A stretch of DNA of 63,000 bases, the filler included, from Cercozoa sp. M6MM (lineage: Eukaryota; Protista; Endomyxa: Ascetosporea): the NCBI GenBank assembly GCA_040357565.1. It is 10 parts of 10 records of this genome, joined end to end, with 100 filler letters (N's around TTAATTAATTAA, not from the genome) between each part and the next. Parts side by side here need not be neighbours in the genome. Positions count along the whole stretch, not along the records: positions 1 to 21,838 come from JBDODJ010000187.1; 9 more parts are not named here. One strand, given 5' to 3'. Of the stretch, positions 1 through 16,100 are shown one piece after another (position 1 is the stretch's first letter; the number at the start of each line of letters is the position of its first letter). The notes beneath the pieces are model-generated. The model did no database searches. It saw only the letters and a list, made by a program, of their open reading frames with translations, and had not been told where the DNA came from. The position numbers and the translations under genes are program-made.

Positions 1-156
1 TAAACAGGTGGGATAAGAGGAAGTAAGAAGGGGGGTAAACAGGGGGGTAAACAGGGGGGTAAACAGGGGGGTAAGAAGGGGTAAACAGGGGGGTAAGAAG
101 GGGTAAACAGGGGGGTAAGAAGGGGGGTAAGAAGGGGGGTAAGAAGGGGGGTAAAA

Positions 157-1965
157 CCCCGCTGCGAGCGACGGCGACACGCGCGATCGAACGGCGCCAA
201 TCGCCGAAACCGGCGGCACTTTTCGTTGTTTTCGCACGTCGCTCTATCCGCGCGGACAGGAAGAGATACACAGAGTGACCCTCCCCCCCACTGAGCCTTC
301 CGCGCGGACAGCAGGAACTACCTCGGATCTGACGCGCCAGCGAGTCGCGCGGATTCTCGTTTTTCTCGTCGGCCGCCGGAGTGGCATTGTACCTGTCCAA
401 ACACAGTATGATCATTTCTGATCGATCACTGATCACTGATCATTCAGTGGTCATGTTGATCGATCAATAATCACCACAACACGCGCTGCGCCAGCGAGCC
501 GATCGACTTGGCCAGCGAACGCACGCCGCTCTCGCTGCGCTTGCTCTGCCGGCCCGAGGTAGGGGAGGGGGGTAAAGGGGGTAAAGGGGGTAAGGGCCAG
601 TCAGTCCGCATCCCCATACGCGCGGAAGGTCGGTATACCTCGTCGCTCAGCGCGAACGGCACCGACAGCGTCAGCGCGGCTGGCGAGCACGGCGACGCGT
701 GAAACGCCGCCAGCAGACACACTTGTTCGCCGCGCTCTATTTTGATTCCGTTTTTTATTCTCGTTTTTTCTGACATCCGCGCGGACAGGAAAATACAGTA
801 AAAACGCCATTACCAACAAAATCGAGCGCATTGTCGTCGCTGGATCGCGCCGGCAGCAGCACTGCGTCCGACTGCGCATTTTTCGTATTGTGGTCAGTCG
901 GACGAATGCAACAAAACAACAACAACAACAAGAAACAGCAAGAAACAACAGCAAGAAACAACAGCAAGAAACAACAGCAAGAAANNNNNNNNNNGCAAGA
1001 AACAACAGCAAGAAACAACAGCAAGAAACAACAGCAAGAAAACAACAACAACAACAACAAACAACAACAACAACAAAAACAAAAAGAACAACAAAAAACA
1101 ACAACAAAAAGAACAACAACAACAAAAACAACAACAACAACAAAAACAACTAAAACAACAACAACAACAAAAGACCAAATGCGGCTCCGTGTGCCGGTGC
1201 GCCTGCGTGCACGCGTGTGTCGTCGACAGCGCCGGCGGCAGCAGCGGCCGCACCTTCTGCGGCTGCAGCACCTCGCACGCTCCGCCTGGGGGTAAACAGG
1301 GGGGTAAACAGGTGTAAAGAGTGGGGGTAAAGAGGGGGTAAACAGGGGGTAAAGAGTAGGGGTAAAGAAGGGGTAAAGAGGGAGGTAAAGTCACCTCTGA
1401 CTTCGGCAGCGACGAGAGCCGAGATCTGCGACGTCGGCAGCAGAGCGACGCACGTGTCGTACACCACGCACACTGTTCGGTCGCACACACTGCACGCACG
1501 GCCGCTTTACCCCCCCTCTTTACCCCCTTCTTTACCCCCCACTTACTCTCCCCCCAGAGCAAGTGTACCGCAGACTGCGGATGTGTCCCGCGTGCAAGTG
1601 CTGTCGCCACACGACGACGTTTCTCCTGGTGTCACTGTGACCACCCAGTCAGTCAGTCAGTCAGTCAGCCAGTCGGACAAATACAAAAATAACAATAAAA
1701 CTGACTAGAGAGTCACGGCGCCATGTGAGTCGCCGAGCAACAAAACTTCGTCGCAGAACGCCGCCGCTTTCGCATCGGCCGGCAGCTCCACCGGCGCTAT
1801 CCGCGCACCGCCCTGGGGGGGGGGGGGGAGGGGGGTAGGGGGTAAAGAAGGGTAGGGGGTATACCTGCGCTTTCTTGCTGGCAACGACGCCGTGAGTTCC
1901 GGCGAACACGGCCGCTTTTTCCGTGCTGACACAGACCACGTGCGGCTACTCAAAGAAACCGCCAT
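157..1965 (-). CDS. RAB3GAP2: Rab3 GTPase-activating protein non-catalytic subunit-like, N-terminal part; multi-exon, runs off the window start
   Basis: Spliced exons read DEVLLLGDSHGAVTLYDTRRNVVVWRQHLHAGHIRSLR, DRTVCVVYDTCVALLPTSQI, VRSLAKSIGSLAQRVLW and GFGDWRRSIARVAVARSG. These fall in the same order as the RAB3GAP2 N-terminal blocks as I recall them (VGFTSGYVRFY, LSILYP, LPDSRRHGESICLSP). Confidence 0.55.
911..1172. repeat. CAA/AAGAAACAACAGC microsatellite in an intron
   Basis: Visible tandem low-complexity array containing a 10-N gap. It generates the spurious poly-Q/N/L/C ORFs. Confidence 0.9.
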
Positions 1966-2345
1966 CGTTCACCGTCTCTCTCTGCCACAGGAGAAACGCA
2001 CCTTGTCTGGCGACTGCTCCGACACGTCTCGTACCAATTGGCCAAAGATCTGACCTCCCACAACGTGCAATATCCCCTTAGCTGACCAACCAAGCAGAAA
2101 CACAATGGCACCTCACTCAACACGGGCAGCTCTGCCCTCTTGAGTTGCATTATTTGTCCGACCCAAGCCCTAAAACGCCCACTATTTCATACAGGCTCAG
2201 CGTCAGACGTGCAGTTAAGCTCCCACGATGCAGCAAAGCCAGCTGATTTACTGAGCGCCGATCAGTGATCGCAGACAAACCGAAAAATTCACAAAAATAA
2301 ACGCAACCACTTTTTGTTTGTTTCTGCCAAGAACGCACAGCCATC

Positions 2346-3312
2346 ATGAGCGACAGCAAGGTAGCACGACGCTGGTTCTGACGTGCGCGGCGTGTGCGCG
2401 ATTTTGACGCTTTGGTGATTTTTCGCCGGGGAGCCCCATGCCGACGAGCGGTGCGTGCACTCACCTCACCAGTGACTGGAAGCGCGAGCGCGACACGCTG
2501 GGCCGCACGGGGAGCCACACCGGGCCGCTGTTCTTCGAGCAGTGGGCCTGTGTGTTTGTGTTCTCTGTGTGTGTCTGGCGGCGAGGCACACAAGGGCGAA
2601 AGCCCGTTCGTCGGTGTAGTCATGGCACCCCGGCGCGTTGTGTGCTCTCTTCGAGCCCTGCAAATGGAAAGCAAGAGAGAGGTATGGTCCGATGCGTGTG
2701 TATGTGTGTTGTGCGTGTCCGCAGAGCAGCAACCCGATGCGCGACATCTGCATCGAGAAGCTTGTGCTGAACATGTCGGTCGGTGACGACGACAACCGTC
2801 TGAACCGCGCCATGAAGGTGCTGCGCGAGCTCACGGACCAGGAGCCGGTGTGCAGCAAGGCTCGCTTCACGATCCGCTCGTTCGGCATTCGCCGTAACGC
2901 CAAGATCTCGACGCACGTCACTGTGCGCGGCGAGAAGGCCGAGAAGATCGTCCAGGTAGCCAGCCCTCTTTGCTTTCTGCCTACCTGCGTACAGAATACC
3001 TTGATATTCCTTATGATTCAGCTCGGTCTCCGTGTGCACGACCGCGTGCTGCCCCCGGGTGCCTTCTCGAGCACGGGCAACTTCGGTTTCGGTATCAAGG
3101 AGCACATCGATCTCGACCTCAAGTACGACCCGGCCATCGGCATCTTCGGTATGGACTTCTACGTCGTGCTCGGCCGCAAGGGCTTCCGTGTCTCGCGCCG
3201 CAAGCACAAGCGCGGCCGTGTCGGCGTGCAGCACAAGCTCACCAAGGACGACGCCATGAAGTGGGTCTCGCAGAAGTTCAAGGTCACGTACCGCAACCCG
3301 ATCAAGTACTAA
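2346..3312 (+). CDS. RPL11: 60S ribosomal protein L11 (uL5); exons 2346-2360, 2725-2955, 3022-3312
   Basis: MSDSK|[20 protein letters not shown]...[14 protein letters not shown]...[17 protein letters not shown]...[16 protein letters not shown], with two GT-AG introns. Confidence 0.97.
2424..2635 (+). ncRNA. Putative structured RNA element within RPL11 intron 1 (family unknown)
   Basis: CGCCGGGG (2424-2431) pairs with CCCCGGCG (2628-2635), and 2438-2451 pairs with 2604-2617 using G-U wobbles. Several internal hairpins are enclosed, including GGGC-GAAA-GCCC. Confidence 0.5.
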
Positions 3313-3632
3313 GTTGACCGTCCCCGTGTCTCTGTGCGTTAAGTTTTTGGCTGACAAATCATCATCCCAACAACGCAATAAGCAGCTTTTCAAAAGACCG
3401 GATCTAATCGGTTCGCCAAAAGCTCCTGGGGCTGTCCGGTCTTTCAATTGCCACCGAGACTGCAGTGTTTATAATTTTCGGGAACCTTACCGTATTGTCG
3501 GGTAAAATAGTGAGCCCGTACACAAAACTGAGATAATTTTCGCTGCAGTCGCCCGATAAGACGAAACCTAACCTCTTGGACTACCGGATTAGCTACTAAG
3601 ACCAAGAACAAGCGAATGGCCGAGTCGAACAG

Positions 3633-8523
<4,891 letters not shown>

Positions 8524-8739
8524 TGTTTTCGACGGATTATTTCGACAGGCTAAATTTTAAAAGAGTGCCACAGCGCGCAGGCACTGGAGACTAGCCCAAT
8601 CCCTGCCAGCACACACTGTGCACGGCGCCAAAGATGGAAGGAAGCGATCGCGTACTGTAGCCACAAACTGCACAAAAACGCGCGTTGTCCAGCTTTTTTT
8701 TGGACTCGTGTGCACTAAACTGTCACATAAGTTACTTTT

Positions 8740-9418
8740 ATGTCACAAGAATTGTGCTATTTTGACCTTAGTATTGATGGGGTACAGCACGATAATTATC
8801 ATCTTTTTGTTTCGGCATTCCTCTTTTTGTAGGAAGAAATCGGCCGCGTGATTTTCGAGTTATTCGACGATGTCGTTCCAAAAACGGCCGCCAACTTTCG
8901 TGCACTGTGCAAGGGCCAGAATGGGCTGCATTACAAGAACAACAGAATCCATCGCATCGTTCCGGGCTTTGTGATTCGTAAGCTGCAGTTCCTGTGCAGT
9001 TTCTTGTTCGAGTGTGTTCGATGCGGGTTGTCTACAGAGGGCGGTGACATCACTCGAGGCGACGGCTCAGGTGGCAAGTCGATCTACGGTGGGTTTCTTG
9101 CTCTTTGTTCTTGGTCCCGACCCTTGTTGTACATCGGAGTTGTTGCCAGGTCCAAAGTTTGCCGACGAGAATTTCGAGCAAAAACACTCGCGTCCGGGAC
9201 TGCTGTCGATGGCCAACGCCGGTCCCAACACCAACAACTCACAGTTCTTTGTCACACTCGGCCGGTCTGCCCGAAACCTCGACGGCAAACACGTCGTTTT
9301 CGGTCACACAATCGCAGGCTTCGACGTGGTGCGACGAGTGGAGAGTGCCTACAAGGCCAACGAGCAGGTGCGAGTCGTTATCGCCGACTGCGGTGTTTGC
9401 AAATTTACCGCCGATTGA
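8740..9418 (+). CDS. Single-domain cyclophilin (peptidyl-prolyl cis-trans isomerase); 4 exons
   Basis: [14 protein letters not shown]|[26 protein letters not shown]...[27 protein letters not shown]...FADENF...[20 protein letters not shown]...LDGKHVVFG. Confidence 0.95.
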
Positions 9419-9589
9419 CGTGACATCGAGATCCGTACCGTACCGTAAAGTACTAGTCTTAAGGAGTAGCGTAGATCGGTTCCAATACTACTGATGCGAC
9501 TCAACATTTGCTTTAACCACGCCCACATCCCGTCCATTGATAGCGACTAAGGTAAACCGGCGCTCACTTTCGTTTGTTCTGTTGTCGTA

Positions 9590-10817
9590 TGTTACTGAGA
9601 CGCAATTGAAATGAAAGCAACTCCGCTCGACGAAATCGTGCGCTGCGTTGCACTGCGTCGCCCACGTTCGGCACACCTGTGTGTTCTTCAGTCAGATCAA
9701 ACGAATCGGATCGGAGCAGTCGCAGGTCTTCAAGCAAGCGGCAGAGTGCCGTCACCGGTTCCGAGAAAACAGGAAGAAAATCACGACGACAAATGCGAGT
9801 GACACCAGGTCGAACAGCAGGTCGGCGAGTCCACCTACTTCCTGCCCACACACACACACACACACATACACACATACACACACACGCACACACGCACACA
9901 CGCACACACGCACACACGCATACAGAGCAAACATTACACAACTAAAGCCAGCAAAAGCCAACAAACAAAAGCCAACAAACAAAAGCCAACAAACAAAAGC
10001 CAAGACACAAAAGCCAAGACACAAAAGCCAAGACACAAAAGCCAAGACACAAAAGCCAAGGATTGAAAGAATCAAAAGCGAAAGCAAACCTCGAAGTCGG
10101 CGACAGGAGCGTCGCGCGTTCGTCTCGGCGAATTCGAGTGGCGAGTTCGATCGTTTAGCGTGCTGCCGGTGTTGCCATTGTTCCTGACGGTTTCGTCAGA
10201 ACTGGGTCCACTCAACCAGTCCACGAGGTTGTACAGCACTGCAGTCAAAGCCAGTCAAAGCAAGTCCACACAGAGGAGCCAAAGAGTGTCAAAGCTACCG
10301 ATGACGGCAAGTAGCACCGAGTACAACACTGCCACTGTCTTGCGCTGCGTTGGATGTGCATGCGACAGTAGTTTATCCTTCACAACTGTCGAGGAAACAC
10401 AGGCTTACTTTCAGGCTTGAACAACACAAGGAAAGCCCACTCACAGTTTCGTATTCTTTGCATGATCGCAACTCTCTGTCTGGGCGCTGCTGCTGCTGGT
10501 GCTGCTGTTGCTGGCGTCTCTGTCTGTGTTTGTTCTGCTTCGAGAAACTGCCGGACTGGAGCAGATTTTTCTGACTTGAAAGAACTCGGGTGGAAGCACA
10601 ATACACAAGCCTTGTGCTACCTTGAGCCGTGAGCGACGGGTCCATCTGCGATGCTCGCCTGGCGAGTCGTCTCGCTGCCTCTACATCTCCGCTCTCTCGC
10701 AACAAGTGTGCCCGCTCGAGTGCCCTGCACAAGGAAAGAGTGGAACGGGTTGGCAGGAAGAACAGTGAAAGGCAAAACTAAAAACCTTCGCGCCTCATCA
10801 CGATTGGCGGCGTCCAT
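9590..10817 (-). CDS. Membrane protein with a DNAJB12/14-like N-terminal helix; no J domain seen; 3' end uncertain
   Basis: MDAANRDEARR...LERAHLLRESGDVEAARRLARRASQMDP, followed by hydrophobic segments VAVLYSVLLAVI and LLFDLVSLAFVVVIFFLF. Confidence 0.45.
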
Positions 10818-11068
10818 CCCAAACCCTTCCCCCGGATCTCACAATGCGAGGATGTGGCCAGCACTGTGTTGCCACAAAGCCACGTACACCGTAGATCTAA
10901 AAGTAAGTGCGTTGTGCACCTGTTTTGCTGCTGGCTACACTCGGTTGCCAGGGGCGGCTGCTGTGCAAAATAAATACTTTTTTCATTATTTTGTCGTTTT
11001 TCCTCGCGTCTCCGAGAAAATACCAACAGCTAACTAAAGACAATCATTGTATTTGTAAGAGGTTTCCT

Positions 11069-12133
11069 ATGAGTGTAAAGGACGCAGCAGAGGCCACCGG
11101 TGAGAATGCGGAAGTGGCTGAAGCAGAACCGGAAACTTCGTCGACTGCTTTGTCACCTTCGGCATGGAAACAAGATGATGCGACGAAAAGCGAGGCTCTC
11201 AAATCTTCCGAGGTTGATTTCACGGACTTTGCAGATCAAGTTCGTGCGCGAAAGGCCTCGGCTCGCAGAAGGTAAACCAAACTGTCCGCCGTTGTTTTAG
11301 TTTCTCATTCAATAAATTAACATACACGATACCCTGTAGGTACGAAGAACAGTTTGAGCAGTTGAATACACAGATCGAAGAGATACGCACCGCACTTGCC
11401 GAGGAAGCAAAGCAGCGACACGAAATGCACGAAGACTTGCGCGAGAGTCTCATGAACGATTTTGCTTCGCAACGCGAGGAAGTGGAAACGCAAATCAACT
11501 CAACTGTGGAACGCATTGAGCAGAAACTCGCAACTGCCATGGATCATATCGCTCAAGTACAAAAGGACATCGAAGAGGACCGGCAGAACTTTCCACGTAT
11601 TCACTTCTTGTCATTGTTTACTTTGGAGCTGGGGGGGGGGGGGGGGGCTGCAACTGTCGTTTTCGTAGGGCTGATAGAAGAACAGAGCCTCGAACTGAGG
11701 AATTGTGTCACACGCTTCGAAACGCAGTTTTCCGACGAGAATGATCTGGCAGCACAACGGGAGATGCAGTACCGACAGTCCATCAGCGATATCAACGGTG
11801 CTTTTCTTTGTTCAAGGCACCCTTCAGTTCGTCACTGTAAGTTTAAGTTGATGTTTAGATGTAATCGATGCCGAGTTGGACCGCGAACAAGCAGCACGCA
11901 GTCGCGTGGCTACAGAGATTCGCGCTCGACTTGACGACGAGGCACTCGCGCTGCAGCAGAAGAACGACCAGGTGTCCGCCACGATTCGTGCAGGGTACTC
12001 CAAGTTTAGCCTGGCGGTGGAAGACGAGAGACAGGAACGCAAACTTGCCCAAGAAAGAGTCACCCACCAGCTAGAGGAGTATGCGAACGATATCAAAGAG
12101 GTCATTCAAATAGCCGCTGAAGTCGCAACCTGA
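11069..12133 (+). CDS. SF-assemblin / beta-giardin family coiled-coil protein; 4 exons
   Basis: About 290 aa: short non-helical head, then a continuous coiled coil (LAEEAKQR...) ending VEDERQERKLAQERVTHQLEEYANDIKEVIQI, typical of the SF-assemblin C-terminus. Confidence 0.75.
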
Positions 12134-12285
12134 TGCACGTGGGTGAACTCGGGCGCTTTTCCGTAAACAATCGGATAAGAAAACTGAAAAAGCAACGGTT
12201 TGCGTGTTCGCTCCCTGAACGCAAGACGTTTTCTTGCTTTTAGGCTTTTTGCTTGAGATCTAAACGGTCTAAGTGGCGCTAAAGC

Positions 12286-12941
12286 ATGCCAAAATTTAGC
12301 GACTCAGTTGGTGCCAAAATTGCCCTCAGGTTGTTTTCGAGTCACAAGTCCTGTCTTTAGTTGCGCTGACCATTGCTGGAGTCGCCACGTACGACGTTTA
12401 CGTTGGCGCCATGATGCTGTGGTCTCAGCGTCCTTGGGAAATGCATGGCGAAGACACGGTTTGGACCAACGCGTTTGCCGGGGTCGAAACGGCTGACGGC
12501 ACCAAATTGGTGTGCTCGCTCGGTTGCGTCCTTTGACTGTGTGATATCCGGTTTTGGTTCGTAGAGTGTCGAGCAGTACGCTCTGCTGGGTGCACTACGT
12601 CGGTGCGGCGGCTTCTCGCTTCTTGTTGGTGCGATTTCTCTTGCGTGGTTGATCGTGGCGTCCCTCGGAAACGCCAACTCGCGTCGCAAGTGGCTCACAC
12701 TGCAGCTACTGGTACCGTGTATGCATAAATTTAAACACAGGGCCCAACTTATGGTTGGTGAGTGTGCTCACTGTAGCTCTACATGTTCATGGGAGCAATC
12801 TCCTTTGCGCAAACCGACGCAGAGTTCTTCCCGGACACGCCCTACCTGCTCGCCAAACGAATTATTGGTGTGTTGTGGGGCTTTGCGGCGGTGTTGCAGC
12901 TTCAAACGTGGCGCAACGTTGATGCAAAGAAGTCGGACTAG
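12286..12941 (+). CDS. Small multi-pass membrane protein, unknown function (missed by the ORF track)
   Basis: Three GT-AG introns give MPKFSDSVVALTIAGVATYDVYVGAMMLWSQRPW...GGFSLLVGAISLAWLIVASL...LYMFMGAISFA...IIGVLWGFAAVLQLQTWRNVDAKKSD*. Confidence 0.6.
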
Positions 12942-13103
12942 ACAGATTTGTTATACTACGAAGACAGATGCCAGCGAGTTGCCTAGCGAGTTGACTAGTC
13001 GCTTAGCAGGGTTCTTCTCTTTTAGTTCCTTACTTACGTGACTCGAAACCGAGAATCCATCTCAGTCAATTATTTTGCTTCCTAGTCGCGTGACTCGTGT
13101 CGA

Positions 13104-16100
13104 TCAGTTCGGAAAAGCGATATGGAATACCCACTGCTCACCCGCCAGAACGCAGTCGGCATCGCCTCTGGCCTCTGCGACAAAGCGGAACGGTGCTGCT
13201 TCAGTCGGCGACGGCATCGTGCAGTTGAATCGCGTCAAAGACGGAGTGGCGCTTTGTTCTAAGCAGAAATCGGCGTAGGTCTTTTATACAGTGATGCGCA
13301 AGTTTTGCATCGTACCACAGAGAGCCTCGTGCGAAGCTTCAAGAGGCCTGTAGTGAAGAGACAGTTTGCACTGACCCAAGCCACTATGCAAACCTGTGGC
13401 GTTGCTTGGCTGCACTCAGTACATGTGAATTAAACAGATAGTGTGTTAATCTCCAGTTGCGAATGATACCATCTTGAACCCAATCGATAGCTGTGTGCTT
13501 TCCGGGTGCTTGTTGGTGGCAGTGGCGAAGAACTCGGGTCGCTGGCTAATCGCATTGACGCGCATCTCGAACTGAAGCTTCTGCTCAAAAGTTTGTGTTC
13601 CAGCAAGGCCCGTGAATTATCTTGTCGGGGTTTTACCTCTAGTTGAGTCGGAGCAGTTGTCGGTGTCAGCATCACACGGCCCACGAAAGGATGAAGATGC
13701 ACACGTTGCCTAGTAAATTAAATTTATACATTACGAGCACTCGATTGTACCAAAGTAGAAAACAAGCGTACTGGTGTGATTCAAAGGCAGAAACGACAGT
13801 ATCAAATGCGATGACTTCGGTGCTCGGTGTGATATCGACTGTCACCAGTGATGGTGCCTGCAACAGAACAGTAAACGATGTGTGCTCATAAAAAGCAGAG
13901 TTATATGACAACCGAATTTAATAAATTATACCTGCAACTGCACGATGGACACAATCTCTTTCGCCGTCGCTGCCACAGGTGGCACTGTTGCAACGTGAAT
14001 CCTCGCCTGTGTCAACATGCCCTCGCTCGCAGGCACCTAGAAGAAATTCACTACCAGGACTGTCCAAAACACTCTGTGGGATTACCTCAAGATTCCCGAA
14101 ACTAACAAATACGTCGCCTGCTTCCGCGTAGACAGCGAGAGCTTCGTGTGACACAACGACGCCGCTGTCGAACATGCAGTCGATTGCTGTCAGAAGCGCA
14201 AAAGGCGAGGACGACACCACGGACGTTCCTGTCGCGGTTGTTGTTGCTGTTGCAGGTGCCACTTGGGGTGCCGATTGATTCTTGGATAACGCTCGTTGTA
14301 GACGTTGCAGCTATGCGCAAAAGATACTTGAAAAGATTATACTTTATGTCTTCAGTTGAAAATTGTACCACTAGGTTGTCCAGTATCGTTTCGGAAAAGT
14401 TCTGCGAACATAAGGCTCCTCAACTGCAGTTTTTTACTGAAAGCACAACTAGTGTACCAGACGCAAAGCATCAAAGTGCTCTGCTCGTGTCAGTTCGTTC
14501 AAATGCGGCTGCGGCTGCACCATCGGGTGTGTTGTATCTTCATTGTGGAACACACTAATGCCTGCAGCACAGTCAGAGGAATATAATACACTACCTGACA
14601 GTCAGAGTTCACAGAACAGTGGATACTGGTGCGCAGGAGAGGAGCTCGTTTCAGTTGCACTTCCAGCACGATGAGTTGCGTCGCCGGTCCAATCGAGATA
14701 ATTGAAGTGCAGTCAGATGATACGGCAGCTGCCTCCATGTCAATTTGCACAGTGAGAGCCGATTGTGTCCGCAAAACTGCGCACAGTGAGGATGACCACG
14801 TCAGTCGCAGTGTTGACTGCAACGCCAGCACTTCAGGCAGCTTGAGCAGCAGGTGACTACTCGTACCGAAAACATAAAGACTACAATCTGCATCGATAAC
14901 ATGGCGTGACAACGTACTTGTCCATTGGGGCAGGGATCAGCACACCGGCCGTGTCACGTGTGACCTCACCGTCACCGGTGACAACACTGGCAGTGGCACT
15001 GGCGATGGCTCGGAGTGTCACGTGCGTAGTCACAGTGACCACTGTGTCTAAGTCGGACGCAGGGTCACCATGACACTGCACAAAACCGTGTCCCTGCAGC
15101 TCCAGTTGCGTGTCATGCCGTGTCACCGTCACTGTGCGCGTGTCACCGCCAGTGCGTCCAACTGTGTGACCGATCAGTGGAACCGTCACGTGGCAGTGCT
15201 CGCTCAGTGCCACCGTGGCATGTGCGACCACTCGAAGTGCACGACGGTGCCACTGCCACTGCAGCAGCGACGACGACGGCGCCGGTGGCAGTGCCAGACC
15301 GTCAATATGCACGTGCACACTGTCCGTCTCTGCATCGTCTTCCTCTGTCTGCTTCGACTGTGTCGTCGACAGTGTCACCACCGGCAGTGTCACCGCCTCC
15401 TTCACTGCTCGTAGGTGCACTTGCGCTTCTCGCACGCCATTCTTCTTTTCCGTATATGAATATGTAAAAGTTATATACTGTGGGAAAGAAAAAGCTACCG
15501 CAACGGACGGCACTTGGTGTTCAAGCCACTGTACATTGAAGGAGCTGCCTGATGTGGAAAGAGTTAACTGAACAGTGTACCTGCTGTTGGGTCAGTTTGC
15601 CCACCAAGTCCAGCGATTTTGTGACATGCTGCTTTCGTTTGGTGTACTCTAAACCGAGACACGAGGGTTTTACATCGAACATACAGTGTGCTAAAATGTA
15701 GTGGTATACCAACAAGGACGGGATCTGCCTGCGTCGTATTCAGTCGCATCGGGAGAACCGTATCACGCGGCGGTTTCTTGAACCAACAGCGCAGACGAGC
15801 AAGCGGTATGTGCACTGTACAAAGCAAACCAAGATAGAAGTAACACAACCTGCAGTCGATGCAATACATCAGTACCTTCGTTGGGCACGTCGACTGGTAC
15901 TTTCATTTTGTTGAAGAGCGTCGAGAGAGCTTGCTGTTTTTACTACCCTTTAACCCCAAACGAAAGTGCCCCCTTTCAAAATAATACCAGCACGCCGGCT
16001 CCTTCGCCAGGGAACATGTCCAACGGCGGCTATTCACAACCGTTGCATGTGAAACTCTGCTAGCAGTAAAATGAGCTCGGTCGTGTAATATTACCACTTC

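Noticed and set aside
1-155. Telomere at the window start
   Set aside because: The irregular GGGGTAA array is an intron of the minus-strand gene, and the same repeat occurs in many internal introns.
601-1295. Long poly-L/C/Q/N ORFs, and CV/HT ORFs at 5069-5716, 35531-36192 and 58298-58680
   Set aside because: Translations of microsatellites, not genes.
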